Shown here: in pieces, positions 50,369 to 61,401 of the stretch
Position numbering within the stretch: the first letter of the stretch is position 1
Layout: every line of letters begins with the position of its first letter
Assembly: GCF_006345805.1 (NCBI RefSeq)
Contig: NC_043002.1
Span: 113,646,001 to 113,710,000 of the forward strand
Reading direction: 5' to 3'
Source: Octopus sinensis
Taxonomy: Eukaryota
Length of the DNA stretch: 64,000 bases
Position numbers and translations under genes: made by a program
The notes under the pieces: generated by a model
Databases searched by the model: none
What the model was told of the DNA's origin: nothing
Seen by the model: only the letters and a program-made list of their open reading frames with translations

Positions 50369-50791
50369 TGAGCTAAAATCATTTGCTGCGTCTAAAACTG
50401 AGACAACATCCTGTCACTAACCCTAACCCTAACCCTAAATTTTAGCCTTTCGTTTTTTCTTTCTTAATTGTTAAATTAATTGAATTGTTACGCGTGTGTC
50501 TAAAATTATTCGTTTTGTTTTGTTTTTTAGTTTTTGCTTTCGTTTTAGCCTTTCGTTATGTATACGTACGGAAAGCGTGTGTATAAAATTATAGAATTAT
50601 TTTGTTTGTTAATTGTTTAAATTATTTTCCATTGCTTTCGTTTTAGCCTTTCGTTTTTTTTTTTTTTAATTGTTATCCTTAAATTAATTTAACAATTAAG
50701 AAAAAAAAACGAAAGGCTAAAATTTAGGGTTAGGGTGAGGGTGAGGGTTAGGATGTTTTCTGTTTTAGACGCAGAAAATGATTTTAGCTCA
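50369..50791. mobile_element. Foldback/MITE-like element with telomeric hexamers in its arms
   Basis: ~110-bp inverted arms with (CCCTAA)3 and TTAGGG/TGAGGG units; internal TTTTAGCCTTTCG subrepeats. Confidence 0.7.
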
Positions 50792-50818
50792 GTAGAGGCG
50801 ATTGTAGAGGTAATATAT

Positions 50819-50862
<44 letters not shown>

Positions 50863-51245
50863 AAATAGAAAGATGAATAATCTTGTAGCAGATTAATCAA
50901 AAGTTTAACCGATACCTTGGTAGCAAAAATCACAGCAGTAAACAGCACGGTTGGAGGTACAACCATATGGTGTTGCAACCGTGCGTTGGTGCGGATAATT
51001 GAAATTAAAATATTATTGGTGAATTGAAGAAATGGAGCTGAACGAAGATTGAACAGAAATCGTTTTATTTCATTCTACACGTGTTTCGAAAGGCACAATT
51101 TACCAAAATCCGATTGAATAATGGGACCATATTGTGTCTTTCTCTTCAGGAAGAAATAGGAAATCCGTTGGAAAAAACAAAAACAGAACAGAGGCGGAGC
51201 AAAACAAATCGAACTAGGCTCCTAAGAGCCCATGGCAAAACTGCC
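50863..51245 (-). mobile_element. ~380-bp non-coding PLE-pLTR/retrozyme-like element between (TA)n tracts
   Basis: Canonical hammerhead followed by AATAAA; no ORF. Confidence 0.65.
51067..51157 (-). ncRNA. Minimal type I hammerhead ribozyme with canonical core
   Basis: AUUUCUUC-CUGAAGA-GAAAGACACAAU..31 nt..AUUGUGCCUUUC-GAAA-CACGUG-UA-GAAUGAAAU. Confidence 0.8.
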
Positions 51246-51257
51246 ATATATATATAT

Positions 51258-51309
<52 letters not shown>

Positions 51310-51371
51310 ATAAATATATATATATAAAATATATATATATAAATATATATATATAAATAATATATATAAAT

Positions 51372-51406
<35 letters not shown>

Positions 51407-51536
51407 AATATATATATATAAATATATATATATAAATATATATATATAATATATATATATAAATATTATATATATAAATATATATATATAAATATATATA
51501 TATAAATATATATATATAAATATATATATATATAAT

Positions 51537-51583
<47 letters not shown>

Positions 51584-51590
51584 TATATAT
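51246..51590. repeat. AT-only tract of (TA)n interrupted by TAAA, ~345 bp
   Basis: Directly visible. Confidence 0.97.
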
Positions 51591-51800
51591 AAGGTGGCGA
51601 GCTGGCGGGAACGTTAGCGGGCGAAATGCTTAGTGGTATTTAGTCTGTCTTTATGTTCTGAGTTCAAATTCCGCCGAGATCGACTTTGCCTTTCATTCTT
51701 TCGGGGTCGATAAATTAAGTACTAATTGTGTACTGACATCGATCTAATCGACTGGCCCCCTCCCCAAAAATTTTCGGGCCTTCTGCCTAGAGTAGAAAAG
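51591..51800 (+). mobile_element. SINE family A
   Basis: GGTGGCGAGCTGGCGGGAACGTTAGC head. Confidence 0.85.
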
Positions 51801-52248
51801 TATGTATATATATACATATCGAGATTTTATATCATTTGACACAAAACAAACTTTTCTCAATTAACATGGTTTCTTTTACTACTTCATTGTCAAGTAAAAA
51901 TTGAGAATAATGTGATATATTTTATATAGATGTTGCTTTGAGTGATGTACTTCTCTTGGGTCCAGTTTTCTTCCATATATCAATACTGACATCCGTATTC
52001 AAATCATCTTCATTAAAATTATAAGCTGGCGATGTCGAATTATGTCAAAATATGACTGGCGATCTATGAAAATAAATCTTCAAAAATTTTAATTCAACGT
52101 GTAAATCCATTTCAATTTAAAATTGCTGTCCAAATCTTGTTTTATATTTAAAGCATTGTAATATTCACAATATAAACTAAATTCAGCATTCATTCTTTCC
52201 GATCCTAATTTCAAGGATCCAGGTGTTATTCTTTGTAACAATGTAATA

Positions 52249-53136
52249 TGTAGCGCTAAGTGAAATACGTTATCCCTCTTTGAGAGATATCATACAAATA
52301 ACGTCATGGCAGATAACAGCCATCCTTCGGCTGCTTAGGCTCCAGTTGTGTCCGCTGCTCTGATTGGTTGGGTTTGGTGCAGTTTTGACTCTTGCTTTAT
52401 TTCGCGCTAATGTGTAAACCAACCAATCACAACCTTCTGATAAGGTCCCGTGACACAGTCTTCCCGTTTTTCTTCTGGAGCCTCTAGATTGTTACAAAAC
52501 CCAGCGCTACATTGAATCGCTTTTCTTTGTTTCTAGTCCTTCTTAGGACTAACCTCTGACCACAGAGCGACTCAGCCAGTTCCAGCGACATAGCCAGTTC
52601 CAGCGACTCAGCCATGTTCCAGCGACTACACCACCACAGCATTTCAGGACCTCCACCATCGTCGACTTCACCTTAACTCCGTCTCCACGCAATTCGCCTA
52701 GGTTTAACTTTACGCTGTTTGTGAATACTCACCAAGGTTTACAGCTAACCTGCCTGCAAGATTTTGCTGTACCAAGTAACCCGGCACAGCATTGAAGCCA
52801 CAACCGCTACACGACATGTGTTCAACCGGCATCTGCCTTGTGACCCCAACTTCATTGTTACAGAACCAGCTATTGCGTTCATTTCTACGAACTGTGTCTG
52901 GACACTCTTCCTATGCTCTGTATTGTTATGGACATACTTATAACGCATACACATACACACACACACACACACTTATGTCGCAGTCACGAACACACAGAAA
53001 TCCTTTTCTCTCTAAACATTACGATTGTGTCGTCTTCTTATTCCCTTTGGCACTTATTTTGGCTTTATTGTAAGGCGACAGTGCGGTGTTTAAAGGAGAC
53101 ATTCGTCACCATCTCCTTTCGTTCGGTCGCCCTACA
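52249..53136 (+). mobile_element. Solo LTR, Ty3/Gypsy-type (888 bp)
   Basis: TGTAG...CTACA termini, 4-bp TSD AATA on both sides, CCAAT boxes; strand inferred. Confidence 0.75.
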
Positions 53137-53140
53137 AATA

Positions 53141-53700
53141 TGTAATATACTATAGTCGTGATAATTGATGTGTTGTATTATAAAAGACCATCGTCGTGTG
53201 GTTTAGCCAACACACGAACTTTTAACACATTTACCGTTGGACATGATTTACTGCGTTGGCTGTTTACAAAAGAAAGATGCTAATAGTATAGCTGCCAACT
53301 ATGAGGAGAGAACTACGATGTGTCTCGTAGAAGACTAGCTGTGTTACATCGTGCGTAAGTGTCCGAAGTCGTTTCTTGCTCGATATAGTCTAGTCTTGGC
53401 GGTCTGCCTTCTGTGAATGCCCGAGATAGTCTGTCTCATAGACTATCTCGGGCACTCACAGAACTATCTCGAAATCGTTTGATCATAGTGATCTACCGAT
53501 GTCTAGCCGGGTTAGGCACAAAACGGCTTTTATAGGAGAAAAGGGGGAAATTTTAGATCATCCGAGGAGCCATATCACACCACAGCTTCACGCTAATTGG
53601 TTGATTCATAGATCAATCACGTGAAACTGTGGTGGCTCACTCGTGATGCCTGGCTGAATTTCTTGCGGTTGAGGTTTGAATTCCTAGTTTGAGATCTGTG
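53141..53700 (-). mobile_element. Possible second LTR-like segment
   Basis: Minus strand shows CCAAT, TATAAAAG, hairpins, AGTAAA and ends ...ATTACA; 5' end and TSD not found. Confidence 0.35.
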
Positions 53701-54409
53701 CTAAGATTTAATTAGTGATTCAGTACTTTATCCATGGAGACAGCTTTACAAACCCAGGAAGGGTTAACTAATAAGTATTATCGGGATATTTCTGAAAGGA
53801 CTTTTTCTTTATCTGCAATATTTTAAAGACATTTTAGAAGTTAAATACCTGTTATGTCAAATCTGTTATCCCGTTTATTTGGTTGAACTAAAACTGCAAT
53901 TTCTTAAACTCAAACGCATCGTCAAAGATTTTATATCGTTTACAATTTTATACAGAAAATCTAAATTTATGATGATGCGTTTGAGTCCAATGTAAGGATA
54001 AGCATATTAAAAGGTGTCTGTGGAAAAACTCACTTAAATAAAAGGGGTCCTTGGAGTGAAACGGTTGGGAACCACTAGACGAAGGAAAATGCATTAGCTA
54101 CACAGCTGTATGTCTCAGAGCTCATCAATTTAGTTTTATTATTGAATATTTTCGTTGTTTAAATTCATCTGAAACCGAAGACATTGGTTTGAGATCGTAT
54201 GCTATTTTTTTTTACGTCAACAAAAGCCAGCTTGACTAAAAACAAAATCCATCATAAGCTAAAGATATTTGTTAATTAACAGCCGTCCATTTTATGTTTA
54301 CTTAAGTGAAGGTGTAATATAATCTAGATTTCATATAATCTAAAGATGATTCAATACAAGGTTGGATTTTGTTCTGTATAGCTCCAGGTCAGTGTATCTA
54401 TTATCAAAC

Positions 54410-54590
54410 TATTAGTTATCGCCATACTAATATGGCATTCTTATAAAAATAAGAAAAAAGCTGACCGCTTATTAGCTCCATGAGGCCATCGCCTTAAGTT
54501 AGTACGGCGATAACTAATATTTTCCGGGAACGCTGCCGTTGTTCTCTTTTAGAGAGACTTAGTAATTTTAATATTTCTATTATTATCAAA
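54410..54590. mobile_element. Short element with TATTAGTTATCGCC inverted ends
   Basis: Same family as 41060-41228, including TAGAGAGACTTAGTAATTTTAATATTTCTAT in reverse. Confidence 0.6.
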
Positions 54591-55102
54591 CTGTTCTGGC
54601 CATAATTAATATTACATTTTTTTCTTTTCTTTTTTCCCATCAGAAGGTATGTAGAACTTTATTACACTGTGTTCTTCCTTTTCATTTTTTAGGACGATGG
54701 GATATGGTATTGAGGGTATTTGTTTGATATTTCTCACAGGTCGAATCATCGCAAGTAAATTTCTGTAGGCTTAAGCTTCCCTTTCAGTTTCGTAAATATG
54801 AATTACAAAAACCAAAATAATGTTCTTGCATGACTGATTGTTAAATCAGAATAGCTTTAAAGAAGTAAAGAAGATATTGCTCAAGACGAATATTAAGCAA
54901 ACGTTCGACTTCCACCGTGTTCGTATGCATAATCTACAGTAAAAAATACCAAGTATTTTGTATCATAGGACAGAAAACTCATGAAATGGATCAATTATTA
55001 CAGAACGTATTTTTCACGAATAGCAATACAAATCTTTTCAATTGTTTGACCACCTCACACTTATATGTACCATTATACCATCTCCACTCAAATTCTTTCA
55101 AG

Positions 55103-55485
55103 CAGGAGTGGCTGTGTGGTAAGTATCTTGCCTACCAAACACATGGTTCCGGGTTCAGTCCCACTGCGTGGCATCTTGGGCAAGTGTCTTCTGCTATAGC
55201 CTCGGACCGACCAATGCCTTGTGAGTGGATTTGGTAGACGGAAACTGAAAGAAGCCTGTCGTATATATGTATATATACATGTATGTGTGTGTATATGTTT
55301 GTCCCTCTAGCATTGCTTGACAACCGATGCTGGTGTGTTTACGTCCCTGTCACTTAGCGGTTCGGCAAAAGAGACCGATAGAATAAGTACTGGGCTTACA
55401 AAGAATAAGTCCCGGGGTCGATTTGCTCGACTAAAGGCGGTGCTCCAACATGGCCGCAGTCAAATGACTGAAACAAGTAAAGAAT
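55103..55485 (+). mobile_element. SINE family B, full length
   Basis: Homology to other copies. Confidence 0.9.
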
Positions 55486-55719
55486 AACTAGTTTAAAATA
55501 TTTTTTACAATCGTTTATCCACTCCGATTTTTTTCTTGATATGAGAGACCAAGAAGGTCAATGTGTTGTGTATATGCACGAATGTCAGCAGGATTGACAA
55601 AATTCTCACATTAGTTTAAATGTATTATTGGAATGGAAGGTTTATGACACCTGTGGAGTATCTCCTTCCCCCATTATAATTGTTTGGTAGTTTCAAGGAG
55701 CTGGAACCGGTCTCCGATT

Positions 55720-56562
55720 TATGACGTCCATGCGAAGTGAGGTGATGAGAATGGCTCCTTAGTACATCACACGGTCGATACAATAAATATAAATAGAACA
55801 ATGCATATATGTGCTAGAGGGAAATAAGAGACATAATGGGTAGAGCTGTTTAAGAGAATATTTATCGATATGTTAACATGTGTTATTGTGTGTGCGTCAT
55901 ATATACAGAATAATAGACAGACCGTCATAAGAATAAGATGTATGCGCGTGTATGTAGGCATAGATGTATGCACGTCAAGAACATACAAGGATGGCACAAG
56001 AAGAGACAGTGAAAGAGTCTGTATCCATCGAAGGGAGGAGTAAATTCATAGACACAAGAATGATAAACACCAGTTCGTAGTCAATTGTACACGATAGTTG
56101 AAATATTGTATCAAGAAGTTGCGGCGATGATGCAGAGTCGGTTGCGGTACGTATCGTACGTGGAGTTGTGGCTGTGATGCTGTTGCTTGGGTCACTTGGA
56201 ACAGGAGTTCTCGCAGGTTATATATTCGCTGTTGATCCTTGGTGAAGTTGTTCACGAACAGTGCAGTGTTGTAACCTGGGCGAGTAGGTAGAGAGATGTT
56301 GACGTTAGGACAAATGGAGGCGACGGAGATGAAGGTCACTGAACGCTGTTGGACGAAGTCGGTGAGTCTCCACGTGGCTGCTGTTGTGTTTCGCTGGAAC
56401 TGGCAGTGTCTAGGTCTGAAACGAAAGAATTTCTTTATCTACCTATAAAGGTATACATAGAAGGGACACTACAAGAGACGAACACTTACATTCTTACAAA
56501 TGGTTTGGGTTGCAATGAAATGGGGGAAAATCGAATAAAAGGATGAAATAAAATTATATACA
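55720..56562 (-). mobile_element. Probable solo-LTR-like sequence related to 52249-53136
   Basis: Shares GCCAGTTCCAGCGA and an AAGGAG.CATTC..CACC 3' end; TSD not verifiable. Confidence 0.4.
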
Positions 56563-56563
56563 A

Positions 56564-57069
56564 CTAGCAGTATCGCCCGGCGTTGCTCGGGTTTGTAAGG
56601 GAAATAACTATATAAGCATTTTTAGAGAGTTATAGCCAAAAGATAGCAAAAAGAAACATTCAAAATGGAAAAAAAATGATGGTAATTTTTTTTTTAAATC
56701 GTTGACTCATCATAGACATTTTTAGAAAGTTACTTCCCTTATATAATAGCGAAAAAATGCATTAAAATGGAAAAAATGATGGTAAATTTTTTTTTAAATC
56801 GTTGACTCATCGTAGACATTTTTAGAGAGTTACTTCCCTTATATAATAGCCAAAAAAAATGCATTAAAATGGAAAAAAAAATTATGGTAAATTTTTTTTT
56901 TAAATCGTAGACTCATCGTAGACACGCGCTAATACCCAGAAGGGCTCGATATGAATCACGACTATAAGATACCCGGTTTTGGTTAAACTGCACCGCAAAA
57001 TGTGGGAGTAGTTAGGAATCTAAATCGTAGGAGACAGACAGCACACAACTTCTCTTTTATATATAAAGA
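56564..57069 (-). mobile_element. Non-autonomous Helitron family H
   Basis: A|TC and CTAG|T termini; three internal units. Confidence 0.88.
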
Positions 57070-57070
57070 T

Positions 57071-60000
57071 TAAACATTTATAAAATAATGTTCCGGGTTT
57101 TTTTTATTGTTAACACGCCGGTTTTTCACCTTTGGATTTTTCTTTCTTTTTTTTTCCCCCTTCTTTTCGCCTTGACCGGCCATGCTAGCACGTCCCCATT
57201 CATCCTCAGCTTCCTTACTACAAACATCCATCTTTTTCCGAACGTACTTTGCGACAGGCGCCTTTTCTCCAGACGGATCTTTCTTACCAACCCGTGTCCG
57301 GAGATGTAGGGACCTGTCCCAATCCCTTTCGCTCGTGCCGTTCATACCGTTTCTTTCAGTATGGCTACTACGCAGAAAAAAGATGCCTTATTTTCCTTGT
57401 TGGAGGAAGAAGGCGGTACGATCTTAGTCATGGACTCAGTCGAGAGCCGTACTCTCTCTGCATCCGACATCAGTTGTTCGACAGAGGTTATCAACTCCTC
57501 ACAGTATACGAAGACGTGCGCGACAGTTTCACTGACGCGCCCGCACCTCGGGCATGTGGGGTAGGTGTCAAAACCGTGTCCAGACAACCTCTCTCAAACC
57601 GGTAAGGCCGATCAGTAGCACAACCAAACCAAGGATTTCTGGAAGTTATCCAGATACCTCGGTCCGAATATCCTTCCGAACAGGTTGGTCAGTTGCTCCT
57701 CATCGAAGCCCAGAGTCTTCCCCAGGACATCGTTGGACTTATGCTCTACCAACATTCTATGAAAATCCGCAGTGGCAACCTCGCTGTCGATATTGCTCGC
57801 CCGAGAGAACAGAGTGAATGCTTGTCTGCACTCCCTCTGCCATTCTCCCATCCTAGGTCTCCGCTTGATGCATGTACCTAAGTCCCTGGGGGACTTCAGG
57901 TGTGGAAAGAATTGCTTGGCAAGCGGCGACCACACTTGCTCACAATCCAGGTAGCACCAGAGATGTCTCAGCCTCAGCGCATACTTGCGTATCATCAACC
58001 AAGGCATCCCCAGTCCACCCTTTGACGGTTTTTGGCAGCAGATGGACGCCCCACAAGTGGCGTTTTCCCTTTCCATTAAAAGCGGGAAAGGATCCGTTCC
58101 AAATTGGTCAGCCGTAAACCGGGGCAAGGCACGATGGTTAGGCGGTAGATTATCACCGATGCTATAAACATCTGTGCAACCTTGGCCCTTCCTAGCAAAG
58201 ATAACGTCCTCCCAGACCAGGTCTGGATTATGTCCGTCATCTTGCTCGCCACCTCGCTCCAGTTTTTCTCTACCCGGAGATCTGGTCCAAACCAGATTCC
58301 GAGCAATTTAGCAGGGCCCTCTGTCCAGCGTTCGACGACGCTGTTGGGAGGCATCTACTTGCCACGCCAGGTGCCGAGTTGCAAGCCGACTGATTTCTCC
58401 TGGTTAATTTTTGCCCCGGCCACCGCTTCATATCCTTTGATGGCGTTTTCTACACGAGGTAGCTGCCATTCATCAGACACGATGATGGTAACATCATTCG
58501 CATATGCCGTCGCACTTCTACCGTAACACAGATCACGCGGGTCTTCTTCCATAGTCCCCAACCTCGGCAGCAGTAGCACAAGAGCCAATACATATAGCAG
58601 CGAAGGGGTTCGAGAAGAACCCATTCACCTGGATGACAGATTCGATGTTGCAATACTTAGCTTCGATCCAGCCTCGGAATGTCGGGCCCGGTTCGACTGC
58701 CCGGAGGACCGCCGCCTGATACCGATGCTCGACCTTATCGAATGCCTTAGACTGGTCTAAATTCACCAGTGCCCGACCTTTGCCAGGAACTTTACCAACC
58801 CTCTCTGTGGTGTAACGAATGAGATGAAGGTTGTCATGTATCGTCCTTCCTGGGATGGTACATGTCTGTGCCTCTCCCACCAGGTCGCCCACGACAATCC
58901 TCACTCTCTTGGCTAGCCCCTTGGCCAAAATCTCTAACTCTGTGTTTAGCAGAGTTATGGGCCGAAAATTATTAATACTATTCCCCTTGCTTGGGTCTTT
59001 CCTGATCAGTGTCACCACTTCTCGGCTCACAGATTTGGGAATTTTCCCATTCTGCTGCCAATTCGCGTACACACTGGACAGTACGTTCCCGAACAAGTCT
59101 GGCATACTTTTATAAAATTCGTAAGGTAGACCATCCAATCCCGGCGACTTGTCCCCGGGGCACTTGGAAAGTACCTCTATAACCTCTTCGGCTATGAACG
59201 GCCCTTCACAGCGCTCAGCGTCACGCGCCGAAAGACGCAGGTCGCCGTCCGGGAAATGCCGGAGGACATCCCCATGGTCCAGCGCCCCGATCCTCCCAAA
59301 CAAAGTGCTCGCGAAAGGCCTTTTACATCTCTTCTTGTCCTTGGATCTCCTGTCAATGTTTGTCTACCACAAACCTTATCGTAGCGTCCACGCCACGTCA
59401 GGTTTCTTCCGAGCGAGCCCACCCACGCGATTCAGTGTGCACTGAGCCGCGTGGGTGGGCTCGCATCCTTCGTGTTTGGAATTGAGGCGTCGGTTTATGG
59501 CCGATCTCACCGCCAATACTTGGGGTGCAGAGCCCATCCTCAGCGCCTCTTCTAATGCCTTAACTAATTCCCTTTCTCCTCTAGTCTGCTCTAGACTTAA
59601 TTGCTCGCTAAATCTAATCGACTCAAGTCGAATGGCTCTTTTGAGGGCGCTCCACCACCGGTTGTTAATCACAGAGCCGGTTAGTACCCTCATTACTAAC
59701 ACCTTAATCTGGCTACGGTAAGTTTCGCAATCCAATAGGGACTTGTTTAACTTCCAATAGCCAGATCCCTGTCTATGAACGTTATTTATTTGCAGCCTAC
59801 ACGTCATTAATTTGTGATCCGTGTAGGGTACATGGGTAAACTGTAGACAGCTGAAACCAAACTTATCTCTAGCATTAACTATTATCCTGTCTATACAAGA
59901 CCAGATAGATCCGTCGTTATTAGACCAAGTCCACGTTGGAACGCTCGGATTATCAAGTCTGTATCGATCTGCCAGCCTAAATCGCTTCAGCAGATCGACG

Positions 60001-60480
60001 AGGCGTAAGTTACACTTCTTAACATTCGAGCCTGCGCTATCCGGGCGTGCATCCAGAATAGCGTTAAAATCACCGAGCAAAACTAGTGTCCTTGATGTCA
60101 CAAGAAAGTTCTCCGAGCGTCGATAGAACTCATCCCGTTTGCCTAGCGTGCCAGGTGCGTAGATGCCAACCAACCTCAAGGCCTTATCTCTGTATGTCAG
60201 ATCCAGAACGACCGACTCGCCTTCTGGGTCCACGAAGATCGTACATGACTGCATGGCCAGGCTTTTCCGGAGCAAAACTACAACACCTATACTCCCCCAC
60301 TTCTGGCTAGGAGACATGATTTTCCCAGAGCCATTCAGAAGAGTTTGAGAATGCCTGCAGCTTGTCCAGCCTGGTCTCTGTAGCAACCATAATATCAGTT
60401 CTGTGTGACCTAAGGTCGTCGAGGAGACAAGCCTGCTTCCTCTTCGAACACGTAATGCATAGCATAGCCATGTCAAACAC
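57071..60480 (-). mobile_element. L1/Tx1-like LINE ORF2 copy, decayed, 5'-truncated
   Basis: APE (TETRL, IYAP, LLGDFN, IDRI, TDHK), RT (KSPGLDGLPYEFY, FRPITLLN, LDQSKAFDKVEH, YAND), C-terminal CPRC..ETVAHVFVYC; frameshifts and stops. Confidence 0.9.
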
Positions 60481-60825
60481 GAAAAAGAAGGAAATTCGAG
60501 CTTACCTGCTGGTTCATCTTTCGAGAGGGATTATTCTCAGCATTTCTGAGACAGGTTCCTCGCTCCTTTCTTTCATACAAAAATGGTTTAACCGGCGGGT
60601 TAAATACCTTAGGCAGTTCTTTCAGTTCTGCTATCTCTTTTCGATGACTGTTTTTGAGTTCGTTGTATAGTTTTCGGGAGATTTTTCCCAACGTTACTGA
60701 GCGTCATTTTCTTGGAGAGATGCGCTTCTAAAGAAACGCCGAAATAAATCACACCAGGGAACGTTTCAATGTCTTCTTACAGAAAAAAAAAACACTTTTT
60801 AAAATAAAACAGTTTTATTGTATAA

Positions 60826-61208
60826 TGGAAGCACTCCGTCGGTTACGACGACGAGGGTTCCGGTTGATCCGAATCAACGGAACAGCCTGCTCGTGAAATT
60901 AACGTGTAAGTGGCTGAGCACTCCACAGACACGTGTACCCTTAACGTAGTTCTCGGGGATATTCAGCGTGACACAGAGAATGACAAGGCTGGCCCTTTGA
61001 AATACAGGTACAACAGAAACAGGAAGTAAGAGTGAGAGAAAGTTGTGGTGAAAGAGTACAGCAGGGATCACCACCATCCTCTGCCGGAGCCTCGTGGAGC
61101 TTTAGGTGTTTTCGCTCAATAAACACTCACAACGCCCGGTCGGGAATCGAAACCGCGATCCTATGACCGCGAGTCCGCTGCCCTAACCACTGGGCCATTG
61201 CGCCTCCA
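60826..61208 (-). mobile_element. SINE family C, full length
   Basis: TSD-like TAC(G/A)ATAAAA. Confidence 0.92.
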
Positions 61209-61401
61209 CATTTTATCGTATGAGTGACATTGCCAACAATATTCATCGACATCCTTATATATTTCGTTAATTTGGAATTTTCTTGACATCTCGAGATCCA
61301 TTTATTTTTTAAAATTTTAAATGAAGTCTTTTTCAGGCAGGTCACATCTAATATGTGCAAATATGTAAAACTTTTCCTCGCCATCCAGATATTGCCAGAC
61401 A

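Noticed and set aside
50421-50752. Telomere-telomere fusion scar
   Set aside because: Orientation is CCCTAA...TTAGGG, opposite to a fusion, and the hexamers sit inside larger inverted arms.
52562-52630. CRISPR-like repeats
   Set aside because: Tandem units without unique spacers, inside a eukaryotic LTR.
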